Shown here piece after piece: positions 42,201 through 56,500 of a stretch of 64,000 bases of DNA. How positions within the stretch are numbered: position 1 is the first letter of the stretch; every line of letters starts with the position of its first letter. The translations under genes and the position numbers were made by a program. The DNA is from Macrostomum hystrix (lineage: Eukaryota; Animalia; Platyhelminthes): assembly GCA_950097015.1 (NCBI GenBank), contig CATNEN010000011.1, positions 1,364,001 to 1,428,000 of the forward strand, read 5' to 3'. Below the pieces are notes generated by a model, which was not told the origin of the DNA, did no database searches, and saw only the letters and a program-made list of their open reading frames with translations.

Positions 42201-45200
42201 CTCACACTGGGGGTGTACATCTCACGCAAAAGTGTACATCTCTCATACAGGGGTGTACATATCACATAGGAGTGTACATCTCATACAGGTGTGTACACCT
42301 CCCACAAGAGTGTACGGACACCTCAGTTAGGAGTGTACAATGTACATCTCATTCAAGATTGTACATTTTAGACTCAACCAGGGGCGTACACTTCCTACAG
42401 AGGTGCAGATCTTGTACAGGGTGTAGATTTTGAAAGGGTTTAATTCTAACTCGAAAATGTACATGACGCTGAAGGGTGCACATCATCTGCACACAGGCTG
42501 TACATAAACAAAATCGTTGTGAATCTGGTTAGCCTCACAGGCAATAATTGATTGACACCTTACCCGACCAGTTGCTACGCTGCGCAGACGAAACAGCACT
42601 CGAGTGACTTTCTTAATCACACTCGGATCAGAGTAGCCCTCGTCCTCCAGGTGGGACACCACTCGCTTGTAAACGCTCACGCTAACACTGCCGCCAGCGA
42701 GTGTCTCTTCTTGGTCAACGAGAACTTGCTCATTGGCTTTGCTAATCATCACCTGGGTTACGGCCTCCTCGATGTCGGCAATTTGACACTCGGGTTTCAG
42801 GTGCGACAGCAGGTGGAGTAGGCCTACGCTCACCTGCGATTCGGTAGGATGATTTGGCGTAGGACTTTTTATTACACATGCTATTGTACTTTTAAATTGT
42901 CCGCTGAGTTTTTGACAATTGAAATAATAAATAATAAACCTAATTGCAGTTGCGGGCAATGTCACATGATTTTGTTAGGCAGCGAGGAGCCAATTCTACT
43001 GATTTCGCTGACTCCTAAGCACACAGATACCGTATGCAGGCATACGCTCACACAGGTGTGTACGCTCACCCTGACTTTCTCATCGTCAGACAGTGTACAC
43101 TCTCACTGTGTCTTATAGGTTGCACCTCAATGGCGTAAATTGCACGACAAGCACCCGAGCCTTCTCTCCGCTGCTGCGCCCCAAAATGAATGTGGCCTCG
43201 CCGCGGAATCGAACTTAGGGACTTCGGCACGAGAGGCAAACGCGTTAGACTGCTTTGCCACCGACCCACGAGTTAAAATTTAATAAGTACCAGATTTTTT
43301 AGTTTATTTTTATTAATTAAGCATACTAACTCGAATCTCTAATCCCAATTGGGTCAGATGCAAACTCAGTGCGACAGCCGCTCCCAAAATGCTACGTACA
43401 GTTCAGTCCAGTCCACGGACTGGAAGGCCGCAAAAGCTCGAAATGTCAACTCGAAAAGCAAATTAATTTACAATGTCGAAATTTTTTCGGAGGTGAAAAA
43501 CGGAGCGAAAATTAACTAGTTAGTTGAATTGTTTTAAAAAAATAACAGATGATAATAATCTGACAGTTTTACAGTCCAAATAAAAAATCTGTTTTCCTAA
43601 CCTCTGTGGCAGCATTGATGGTGGCAAAGTGTTTAGCCAGTTCAGTTTGTAGAAACTTCAGCTGACTCATTAGAAAATGGTTCAACACGTGATGCTTCTG
43701 CCTGTGCGCGTCAATGATTCGCTTCCACTCGTGTAGACTGTCTTTCAGTACGCGACACAGACTTTCTAGGGCCTCCTCAATATTAGAGTGGGCGCTATTG
43801 ATTGTTTGCGAACGCAGCTGCAGCCTCAGGTTATTGCGACTGTTTCTGCCCATGTGCACTCTGTAGGGGGTTAGAGAACAAAAATAAGACGGTACTAGCG
43901 AAATTGCATTGGCTAGAATCTAATGAGCAGTGACTGGAATCTAATGAGCAGTGACTATAATCTAATGGGCAGTGACTGGAATCTAATGAGCAGTGACTGG
44001 AATCTAATGAGCAGTGACTGGAATCTAATGAGCAGTGACTGGAATCTAATGAGCAGTGACTGGAATCTAATGAGCAGTGACTGGAATCTAATGCGCAGTG
44101 ACTGGAATCTAATGAGCAGTGACTGGAATCTAATGAGCAGTGACTGGAATCTAATGAGCAGTGACTATAATCGAATGCGCAGTGACTGGAATCTAATGAG
44201 CAGTGACTGGAATGTAATGAGCAGTGACAGAATTCTAATGAGCAGAGACTAGAATCTAATGAGCAGTGACTAGAATCTAATGAGCAGTGACTGGAATCTA
44301 ATGAGCAGTGACTAGAATCTAATGAGCAGTGACTGGAATCTAATGAGCAGTGACTGGAATCTAATGAGCAGTGACTGGAATCTAATGAGCAGTGACTGGA
44401 ATCTAATGAGCAGTGACTGGAATCTAATGAGCAGTGACTGGAATATAATGACACCGACAATAACTAAATAAGTAATGCTCAGATTATAACAGCAGAGACA
44501 AACCTGATGACCAATCCATCGCACAATAGACAGCAATGACGCTTGAATTCCTTTACAGTCTCAATAAGTGACGTGGCTGAATCCGTGAGGTTGACAAACT
44601 GCTCAAACAATTTTCCATTTTCAACCGACTGACCCGCAATCAGCATTAGCTTGGACTGAAGGTCGCGAATATCTTCAAAGAGAAACTCGGACACCTTGTC
44701 ATCTGGGCGGTCGACTTCAGGCGTAACAACCAGACGAAACGGCTCGTCGAATGGCACGTCGCAACCGACTTCCATTTCGCCGCGCTCCAGAATTTCTTGG
44801 ATCTTTTTCAGCGTAGACTTCTCTACTGAGCCCTGGGCAGGTATGTGAGATGGGAAAATGGGCAAGCTTTTAACAATAGAAGGACCAGTTGGAGAGTATT
44901 GATTGATGGGTTGAAGGACCAGTTGTAGATGGTATTGACTGACGGGTTGAAGAACCAGTTGTAGATGGTATTGACTGACGGGTTGAAGAACCAGTTGTTT
45001 ATGGTATTGACTGACGGGTTGAAGAACCAGTTGTAGAGTAATGACTGACGGGTTGAAGAACCAGTTGTAGATGGTATTGACTGACGGGTTGAAGAACCAG
45101 TTGTAGATGGTATTGACTGACGGGTTAAAGGACCAGTTGTAGATGGTATTGACTGACGGGTTGAAGGACCAGTTGTAGATGGTATTGACTGACGGGTTGA

Positions 45201-48200
45201 AGAACCAGTTGTTTATGGTATTGACTGACGGGTTGAAGAACCAGTTGTAGAGTAATGACTGACGGGTTGAAGGACCAGTTGTAGATGGTATTGACTGACG
45301 GGTTGAAGAACCAGTTGTAGATGGTATTGACTGACGGGTTGAAGAACCAGTTGTAGATGGTATTGACTGACGGGTTGAAGAACCAGTTGTTTATGGTATT
45401 GACTGACGGGTTGAAGAACCAGTTGTAGATGGTATTGACTGACGGGTTGAAGGACCAGTTGTAGATGGTATTGACTGACGGGTTGAAGAACCAGTTGTAG
45501 ATGGTATTGACTGACGGGTTGAAGAACCAGTTGTAGAGTAATGACTGACGGGTTGAAGGACCAGTTGTAGATGGTATTGACTGACGGGTTGAAGGACCAG
45601 TTGTAGATGGTATTGACTGACGGGTTGAAGAACCAGTTGTAGATGGTATTGACTGACGGGTTGAAGGACCAGTTGTAGATGGTATTGACTGACGGGTTGA
45701 AGGACCAGTTGTAGATGGTATTGACTGACGGGTTGAAGAACCAGTTGTAGAGTAATGACTGACGGGTTGAAGGACCAGTTGTAGAGTAGTGACTGACGGG
45801 TTGAAGGACCAGTTGTAGATGGTATTGACTGACGGGTTGAAGAACCAGTTGTAGATGGTATTGACTGACGGGTTGAAGAACCAGTTGTAGAGTAATGACT
45901 GACGGGTTGAAGGACCAGTTGTAGATGGTATTGACTGACGGGTTGAAGGACCAGTTGTAGATGGTATTGACTGACGGGTTGAAGAACCAGTTGTAGAGTA
46001 ATGACTGACGGGTTGAAGGACCAGTTGTAGATGGTATTGACTGACGGGTTGAAGGACCAGTTGTAGATGGTATTGACTGACGGGTTGAAGGACCAGTTGT
46101 AGATGGTATTGACTGACGGGTTGAAGAACCAGTTGTAGAGTAATGACTGACGGGTTGAAGGACCAGTTGTAGAGTAGTGACTGACGGGTTGAAGGACCAG
46201 TTGTAGATGGTATTGACTGACGGGTTGAAGAACCAGTTGTAGATGGTATTGACTGACGGGTTGAAGAACCAGTTGTAGAGTAATGACTGACGGGTTGAAG
46301 GACCAGTTGTAGATGGTATTGACTGACGGGTTGAAGGACCAGTTGTAGATGGTATTGACTGACGGGTTGAAGGACCAGTTGTAGATGGTATTGACTGACG
46401 GGTTGAAGAACCAGTTGTAGATGGTATTGACTGACGGGTTGAAGAACCAGTTGTAGATGGTATTGACTGACGGGTTGAAGAACCAGTTGTTGATGGTATT
46501 GACTGACGGGTTGAAGAACCAGTTGTAGAGTAATGACTGACGGGTTGAAGGACCAGTTGTAGATGGTATTGACTGACGGGTTGAAGGACCAGTTGTAGAT
46601 GGTATTGACTGACGGGTTGAAGGACCAGTTGTAGATGGTATTGACTGACGGGTTGAAGAACCAGTTGTAGATGGTATTGACTGACGGGTTGAAGAACCAG
46701 TTGTAGAGTAATGACTGACGGGTTGAAGGACCAGTTGTAGATGGTATTGACTGACGGGTTGAAGGACCAGTTGTAGATGGTATTGACTGACGGGTTGAAG
46801 AACCAGTTGTAGAGTAATGACTGACGGGTTGAAGGACCAGTTGTAGATGGTATTGACTGACGGGTTGAAGGACCAGTTGTAGATGGTATTGACTGACGGG
46901 TTGAAGGACCAGTTGTAGATGGTATTGACTGACGGGTTGAAGAACCAGTTGTAGAGTAATGACTGACGGGTTGAAGGACCAGTTGTAGAGTAGTGACTGA
47001 CGGGTTGAAGGACCAGTTGTAGATGGTATTGACTGACGGGTTGAAGAACCAGTTGTAGATGGTATTGACTGACGGGTTGAAGAACCAGTTGTAGAGTAAT
47101 GACTGACGGGTTGAAGGACCAGTTGTAGATGGTATTGACTGACGGGTTGAAGGACCAGTTGTAGATGGTATTGACTGACGGGTTGAAGGACCAGTTGTAG
47201 ATGGTATTGACTGACGGGTTGAAGAACCAGTTGTAGATGGTATTGACTGACGGGTTGAAGAACCAGTTGTAGATGGTATTGACTGACGGGTTGAAGAACC
47301 AGTTGTTGATGGTATTGACTGACGGGTTGAAGAACCAGTTGTAGAGTAATGACTGACGGGTTGAAGGACCAGTTGTAGAGTAGTGACTGACGGGTTGAAG
47401 GACCAGTTGTAGATGGTATTGACTGACGGGTTGAAGAACCAGTTGTAGATGGTATTGACTGACGGGTTGAAGAACCAGTTGTAGAGTAATGACTGACGGG
47501 TTGAAGGACCAGTTGTAGATGGTATTGACTGACGGGTTGAAGGACCAGTTGTAGATGGTATTGACTGACGGGTTGAAGGACCAGTTGTAGATGGTATTGA
47601 CTGACGGGTTGAAGAACCAGTTGTAGATGGTATTGACTGACGGGTTGAAGAACCAGTTGTAGATGGTATTGACTGACGGGTTGAAGGACCAGTTGTAGAT
47701 GGTATTGACTGACGGGTTGAAGGACCAGTTGTAGATGGTATTGACTGACGGGTTGAAGGACCAGTTGGGAAGTATTGACTGACGGGTTGAAGGACCAGTT
47801 GTACAGTGCATGATTAAAGGACCAGGTGAATAGAAAAGTACAAATCAATTAGTGCTAATAACCTGGCTCTCTTTGATGGTCTTGAACCATTTAACCCTGG
47901 CACCGGCGTCTCTCAGCTTATTAGGCAGGGCTTCGTCAGCAATGGCGCTACGAAAAGGCCGCTCGCATCGACGAAGGAAATGATTCAAATCGATGGCATT
48001 TTCCCGCTCGTTCAACAAATCGTAGATCAACGAGTCGAAGCCCTGAGCGGCCTGGTAGAAATTCTCAACCCGCTTCTGCTCCATGTCACCCGCGTCGCCA
48101 ACGTAGATCATTGCTAGGTCGAAGAAAGTCTTCAGATCCGCTTTGGGGATATTATCCCTTTAGGGAAACGGAGGCGAGTTTGAAGTAATTTAGTCTTTGT

Positions 48201-50509
48201 TTAGTCTTAAATAAAAAACTGAAGATAGTTTTAGTAGTTATTAGAACAACAACTCAAGATTCAGAGAAGTAAAACATGAATTTAGAGGATTACAGAAACA
48301 GACACCTGAAGATTCAGAGTAGAAGAGAAACAGACAAATGAAGATTTGGAGAAGCAGAGAAACTGACATCTGAAGATTCAGAAGATTAGAGAAATAGACA
48401 CCTGAAGGTTCAGCGGATTAGAGAAAGAGACACGTTAAGGTTCAGAGGATTAGAGAAACAGACACCTGAAGGCTCAGAGGTTTAGAGAAACAGACACCTG
48501 AAGGTTCAGAGGATTAGAGAAAGAGATACCTGAAGGTTCAGAAGATTAGAGAAAGAGATACCTGAAGGCTCAGAGGATTAGAGAAAGAAGAGAAAGAGAT
48601 ACCTGAAGGCTCAGAGGTTTAGAGAAACAGACACCTGAAGGTTCAGAGGATTAGAGAAACAGACACCTGAAGGTTCAGAGGATTAGAGAAAGAGACACCT
48701 GAAGGTTCAGAGGATTAGAGAAAGAGATACCTGAAGGTTCAGAGGATTAGAGAAACAGACACCTGAAGGTTCTGAGGATTAGAGAAAGAGACACCTGAAG
48801 GTTCAGAGGATTAGAGAAAGAGACACCTGAAGGTTCTGAGGATTAGAGAAAGAGATACCTGAAGGTTCAGAGGATTAGAGAAACAGACACCTGAAGGCTC
48901 AGAGGTTTAGAGAAACAGACACCTGAAGGTTCAGAGGATTAGAGAAAGAGATACCTGAAGGTTCAGAAGATTAGAGAAAGAGATACCTGAAGGCTCAGAG
49001 GATTAGAGAAAGAAGAGAAAGAGATACCTGAAGGCTCAGAGGTTTAGAGAAACAGACACCTGAAGGTTCAGAGGATTAGAGAAACAGACACCTGAAGGTT
49101 CAGAGGATTAGAGAAAGAGACACCTGAAGGTTCAGAGGATTAGAGAAAGAGATACCTGAAGGTTCAGAGGATTAGAGAAACAGACACCTGAAGGTTCTGA
49201 GGATTAGAGAAAGAGACACCTGAAGGTTCAGAGGATTAGAGAAAGAGACACCTGAAGGTTCTGAGGATTAGAGAAAGAGATACCTGAAGGTTCAGAGGAT
49301 TAGAGAAACAGACACCTGAAGGTTCAGAGGATTAGAGAAACAGACACCTGAAGGTTCAGAGGTTTAGAGAAACAGACACCTGAAGGTTCAGAGGTTTAGA
49401 GAAACAGACACCTGAAGGTTCAGAGGTTTAGAGAAACAGACACCTGAAGGTTCAGAGGATTAGAGAAAGAGATACCTGAAGGTTCAGAGGATTAGAGAAA
49501 GAGACACCTGAAGGTTCTGAGGATTAGAGAAAGAGACACCTGAAGGTTCTGAGGATTAGAGAAAGAGACACCTGAAGGTTCTGAGGATTAGAGAAAGAGA
49601 CACCTGAAGGTTCAGAGGATTAGAGAAAGAGACACCTGAAAGTTCAGAGGATTAGAGAAAGAGACACCTGAAGGTTCAGAGGATTAGAGAAACTGACACC
49701 TGAAGGTTCAGAGGATTAGAGAAAGAGACACCTGAAGGTTCAGAGGATTAGAGAAAGAGACACCTGAAGGTTCAGAGGATTAGAGAAAGAGACACCTGAA
49801 GGTTCAGAGGATTAGAGAAAGAGACACCTGAAGGTTCAGAGGATTAGAGAAAGAGACACCTGAAGGTTCAGAGGATTAGAGAAAGAGACACCTGAAGGTT
49901 CAGAGGATTAGAGAAAGAGACACGTTAATTATCAGAAAGGCAATACCTCCCTGAAAGCAGCAATCAGTATCGCACAAAAATCACAGCAATTTACCTGATC
50001 CAGTGCACAATCTCATTGCACGATGCGAAAGCTTCAAGTGCAGCTAAGCAGTAATGATTAGCCGAAATCTCCTCAAGCTGTTCATAGTCGCGCAGATCGG
50101 CAGTTCTCAACTGGCTCAGTTGCATACTGAGCTTGTTTTCGTTGCTGTCCAACACGGTGTCCAAGGCGGTTAAATCGCCTCGCAATCGGTACTGTCCGTA
50201 GATTCTCTGAATCAGCCTGGCCACATTGGCATATTTGGCCAGCTTATTAAACGATTCCACCTTCTTTAGGCAGGTGCGAGGCCAGGTATCGAAATTCTCT
50301 CCTTTGGCCAGAGCGAACGCTTGAAATTCTCGGCCCAGTTTAGCTCGACAATCGGCATCTCCGCAAATCAATTTGTCACCTAGAAGTGCATTGATTTCGC
50401 CGATTGTAATCGACCCAATTTTGATGCTGTCAATCTTGGCTAGCCATTCTGTTAGGACAGCATTGGCGCAATCGACTAGGTCTCCGATAGTTAAACGACT
50501 GTTGATGGT

Positions 50510-50560
<51 letters not shown>

Positions 50561-53500
50561 TCTAGCCTGAGCCATAATCTTTTTCTCCAGCATTTGTGAA
50601 AATGTTGCACTATTCCGCAGGACATTGTTCAGGAATGGTAGAAGGCGTCTGAGTGAGTCTCTCTGATTATCCAGCTGGAAGTAGGCCAGATCGAAGTGCT
50701 GGGCATCGCCACTGCCAGGCCAAGATACCAGGCGACCAATCGGAGTGGCGACCAATCGCTGCTTATCCATGAGGTTGCTCAGCGGAGTCAGATTCACTGA
50801 ATTGGATTGAAATCAATTTGGGGATATTTCGTACCGTTTTTTAGGGATGGAAGCCGTTTGGGTTAAAATGGAATTAGGCCACTTAATTGAACCGACTAAA
50901 TTAAATTCGGATATAGTCTTAAGGCGTGGGATTAAGCCACTTAAGTGGGATGATATTAGGCCTTCTAATCAGGGTGGGATTAGGCCTTCGAGTTGGAATA
51001 GGATGATGAATTCTAATCGGGATGGGATTAGGCCTTCTAGTCGGGATGGGATTGGGCCTTCTAATCTTGATGGGATTAGGCCTTCGAGTTGGAATAGGAT
51101 GATGAATTCTAATCGGGATGGGATTAGGCCTTCTAGTCGGGATGGGATTGGGCCTTCTAATCTTGATGGGATTAGGCCTTCGAGTTGGAATAGGATGATG
51201 AATTCTAATCGGGATGGGATTAGGCCATCTTATCGGGGTGGGATTTTGCATTCTAATCAGGTTGGATTAGGCATTCTAATCAGGTGGGATTAGGCATTCT
51301 AATCAGGTGGGATTAGGCATTCTAATCAGGTGGGATTAGGCATTCTAATCAGGTGGGATTAGGCATTTAAATTAGGGTGGGATTACGCATTCTATTCGGG
51401 TGGGGTTAAGGCATTCTAATTGAGATGGGATTAGGCCATAAGAGGGGTGTGATTAAGCCTTCTAACAGCTAACTGGTAAATTGAACAGTTGTTAGAGAAA
51501 CAGTAGTCAGTGGATAATGCATTAGCTAATTAAGCTCACGGAGCTGGCTGTTAAGTGTCTTCTTGAAATAAGAAACGAGTTCTTCCATGGAGCTCAGCAT
51601 TTTATCGAATGCCGCCTTCCGTTCCAGAAGTAGGTCAACGCGATTGTCCAAATCGAGTTCGATTCCCAGGACAGTCTGCAGGCCGGCTATGCTGTCCTTG
51701 CGCGACTTGATGAACTCAATTCGGCCATAGACTATGTTAGGCGGCGAGTCGCGCAATGTGGCCAACAATCTAGCCGCTTCGCGACCGCCTGCTTCGAGAA
51801 TGGCGCGACTGTCGTTGGTCAGCAGGCTGCTGAACTGTTTCTCCTCTGAGGATGTTTCAAGAAACGAAACTGTCAGTTTTTTAGAAACGTATAATACATG
51901 ACCCACCGTGTTCACAAATCCTACACTACTCACTGATACTGTTGAGTAGAAAGGATGACAATGGCCAATCAAGCGCCATTAGTAGGTGGGCATCCACCTC
52001 TCGGGTAGTTTCCGATTGGGCAAACTTGCCATAGACACTGTGCACCAAAGTAGAGATGACCGACCCAAGCTTCTTCGACTGCATCTTCTTGTAGCTGCCG
52101 GTGAACATATTGCCAAAAAAGTTCACTAAGCCGAGCTGCGAAATCAGTTGTTTATGCGAGTGTTACTGCTTAACCGGCTAATCTATAGATATACTGCTTA
52201 AATGACAAATCGATAAATAGACTGCTCAACTGGTCAATCTATAAATAGGCTGCTTAACTGGCCAATCTATAAATATACTGCTTAAATATATGACAAATCG
52301 ATAAATAGACTGCTCAACTGGTCAATCTATAAATAGGCTGCTTAACTGGCCAATCTATAAATATACTTCTCAACTGGCCAATCTATAAATAAACTTCTCA
52401 ACTGGCCAATCGATAAATAGACTGCTCAACTGGTCAATCTATAAATAGACTGCTTAACTGGCCAATGTATGAGCGATAAATAGACTGCTTAACTGGTCAA
52501 TCTATAAATAGACTGCTTAACTGGTCAATCTATAAATAGACTGCTTAACTGGTCAATCTATAAATAGACTGCTTAACTGGTCAATCTATAAATAGACTGC
52601 TTAACTGGTCAATCTATAAATAGACTGCTTAACTGGTCAATCTATAAATAGACTGCTTAACTGGTCAATCTATAAATAGACTGCTTAACTGGTCAATCTA
52701 TATATAGACTGCTTAACTGGCCAATGTATGAGCGATAAATAGACTGCTTAACTGGCCAATCTATAAATAGACTACTTAACTGGCCAATCTATAAATAGAC
52801 TGCTTAACTGGCCAATCTATAAATAGTCTGCTTAACTGGCCAATCTATAAATAGACTGCTTAAGCGTCGATATGTACTTGCAAGCACAGTGCATTTCACT
52901 GAAGCTTCTAAGCCATCGAGATTAGCTTATTACATATTCTAGTGCCTTACCTCACTAAAGCTGGCGTGTTCCATCTTCTCAAATACAACCATAAAGAGCA
53001 CCTCAGACGTTTTTATGTCCAGCTGATTTAGCAACTCTTGGTTGTTAAATAAATTCATTATATCGTTCTGAAAAAAATGAGAACTATTTTGCTAATATAT
53101 ACAATAATGGAGAGAAATTATTAAAATAATGTCGTAAATGAAACATACCAAATGCTTTTCATAGACCAGTTTTTTCAGTACTTCAACTGCAGTCTCATCG
53201 AAAGCTGGAAACGAATCAGCACCGATGTCTCTAAGTTGAACAAAAAGGTTGTTGTAGTGCTGAAAATGAGTGGCGCGTTAAATACATAGTTTACATGCAA
53301 AAAATATGGGGGAAAAAGTTCAAATGATAAAACTACGGTCTCGCTCACCTGAACAGCCGAGTCAGTGCGGTTGCTGAATGCATTTTGAATACATGCCAAT
53401 ATAATTTGCAGCATTCTGTTAAAGGTTTCGGTCAGTTTTGCATCGGAAAGTTCTCTTAGTAGTTCGGACATTGGCTCGAAGCCTTGCTGCTTAACAGCCA

Positions 53501-56500
53501 GACAGCAGCGCAAATACAGACAGACGCCGGCAATGCAGGTGCCAATGTACTCATCAGAGTGGCTCAGTGCGAAAGGCAGTTCGCGATGACGCTTAGCCAG
53601 AGCCTCAGTCAGGTGGACGCTGATTTGAAAACAGTGCGCCAACGAGATTGCATCCAAGGAGGCAACATTTTCTAGCACTAGTCCAGAGAGATACTCCTAG
53701 AAATAGGTTTTGTGCCAGTAAATCGGTCGCTTGGTTTACAGTCGTAGGACTGAGCACACGTGTGTTTGTGTTGAAACTATGTACTGTGTCTGTGTCTAAC
53801 TCCGTCAATTCTAAGCTTAATTTTTATTGAAGAGAGGAGATAAAAAAGGTATTTTATTAACGTCTAGGTATTCTATATGGTCAAAGCTAATGTGTCAATC
53901 GAATTTCTTGTGTCGCTTCAGCATTGCTAACTTCAAATTATTGCCTACTTACATGCAGAGTGACTAGACCAGTCTGGTTGATTGGTTCAAAGACGAACAA
54001 GTTAAACATCTTGGCTAGTTTGACCTCGACAGGAATCCAAGTCAGTGACAGAACTCTCAAACTAGCCGACTGGCTAACTAGAGCCGACCACAGTCTGGGC
54101 AGCAGGCAGTCAATGACAGCCAATTGTTCGAACAAATTACCGATGTTTGACAAAAGTTGCCAGCTGTAATTATATGTTGATATGTTGATAATCTGTTTTG
54201 CCAATCAAGCAATCAAGCAAAGCAATACTAAACAAATAATGTTTACCTGTCCTCTGACCAAAACAATCTAATAAAAGCGTCCTTGTCTCTAGGACTGATG
54301 CCTTCGAAGCCCCACCACTGAGGATTGGCAATATTGTGCTGCATGCGATAGCTTTGGAAAAGCGACAAGTCACTGTAAGGCAGCGCCTCCAATGTTAACA
54401 GATGAAACACTGGCACAATGATGGCGAACTCCACTCGGAAGTTAGCTAGACTCGTATTTAGAACATTAGTTAGGCAGCGTTTGACAGAGTCGACAGCGTT
54501 TCTGAAGAACAGTAATTCTAATTATTTAAAATAGATGATTTTAGGATAAATACCATCATAAGTAGCGCATATTAATAACATCATTTGCTTACAATTGCCA
54601 CATTTTCTTAATTCATAAGACCAGTTGCTTAAAAAAATATTATATTTTGTTTTGTTTTCATTGAAGCGAACTTCGAATAATGATAAATGAAAACTTAAAA
54701 GATGTTTCAAGACTAAAGTACTAAAGACAAAAGTACGAAAGACTAAAGTACTAAAGACAAAAGTACAAAATACTAAGTACAAAAGACTAAAGTACTAAAG
54801 ACTTAAAGTACTAAAGACAAAAGTACAAAAGTCTAAAGCACTAAAGACTAAAGTACAAAAGACTAAAGTACTTTAGTCCTGAAGAACAAAAACTTACGAT
54901 AAAACAAGCGAATAAAATATGAGAAAAAGAATTTTCGTTACTCCAAAAGCTAGTATTATTGAATCTTCGATAAAATGGGACATTAGGGTCCCAGATTTTC
55001 GGGTAAAGTTCAGGTGCGGTTCCGAACTGCCAGCTCAATACAAACAATTCGTCAGACCACTCTGAGCTCACCACCGCTCACACTTACAAGGTGCTATGAT
55101 AGAAAATTATTTTGTCAACAGAGCACAAGCTTCAGGATGGCCTATGGTTTAAATACAAAATTTTTTCCAAAACAGAAGTTTAGTACAGTTAGCAAGATTT
55201 ACATTTTTAGTATATTTGATATTGAACTTACGGAACAAAAGGTTGACAATTAGCTGTCAAGAATTCGAAGGGTCGGACAGACGGTGGACTGATCGGAGGA
55301 CGCATCAGAGCCATCAGCGCGGCGGTCTTGTCAACTGTCAGAGTTGGCAGCTTTGATCCTGAAAACGATAGTAGATCTAGTGCCTGAGCAAAATGAAGAA
55401 CGGCAATGTTCTTGCTCCACTGGCTCCATTGTTCATCCGGTGTTAAAGCTGGATCTGGCGTGCAAATGCCACAGTCCCGCGGCTTGTCCAGAATTATTTC
55501 AAGAGCTTGCTTGCATGTCTGAAAAACAGAGTCATTAAGTTAAGTCTTTTTAATTTAAACTATATTTTAAAACGACGTAGTCACATATACACTATCACTA
55601 CACTTAACTTCGCTGTTGCACTGGACTTAAAGGAGCTACTATACAACAAGACATTAAATTTTGATGCAACTTACAGCATTGACGTTGCTCAGATAGTTAT
55701 TGAAAACAAGCTTGGCACAATGCTCGATGGAAAAGAGGACGCCAATGACGTCCGATTTAAAAAGGCTGCTACTGAAAACTCGTCCCGCACATTCACGCAG
55801 TGCTTGAACATTGAGAGTCCAAAACAAATTAAATGAATTTCGAATGGCAACAGGTAAAGTCCTCGTCATGAGTATGCCGTCGAATCGTACTCGAAAAGGA
55901 CAGCGGTTGGAATAGAACAAGGTTCGATTGCGCGGAACATTGTAAGATTCGGGTAGGTAAAAAAACTTCTCATATCGTTTGCCACGTTTCTGAGCACTGT
56001 CATTGGCACTTCGCATCACGTATTCATATAGCAATCCTTTTTCTAGCAAATCAACAGGCAGGTGAAATTCTGTAGATACCAGAATAAACTTCTGTCCGCT
56101 AAGGTTCAAATATTCTTGGTCCTCTTTGGGAATTAGGAAAATCGAATGATCGCATCTTCCACCACCAAGTCGATCATCCTTGAAGTTCAAGAGAAACTGG
56201 AAGGCAGAGCTGGTCTTGATGTTAAATGATTCAGCAGAGAACAGAGCCATAAAGCGAATCGGAGTGGTCTTTGTGTGCTCAAGATACTGACGAACTTCAG
56301 CCACTGCCTCTTTCTCGATGTTTTCTGCCTGGGCTGAAGCTAGATCATCTTCATCTGGCTCAACTGCCTTAGTCTCATCTTTCTTGGTGTTAGAAGATGA
56401 CTGTTCTTCACATATTTCTGACGAGACGTTAGTCTCTGGCTGCTTTTTATCATCTACTGGTTGCTCATCGTGTGAGCCTGACGGATTCTTTCCATCTTTA

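Noticed and set aside
45125-47848. 907/806-aa ORFs
   Set aside because: Translations of the 35/36-bp intronic array.
8100-54872. Regular short repeats as a CRISPR array
   Set aside because: Head-to-tail units without unique spacers, no cas genes, and a spliceosomal eukaryotic context.
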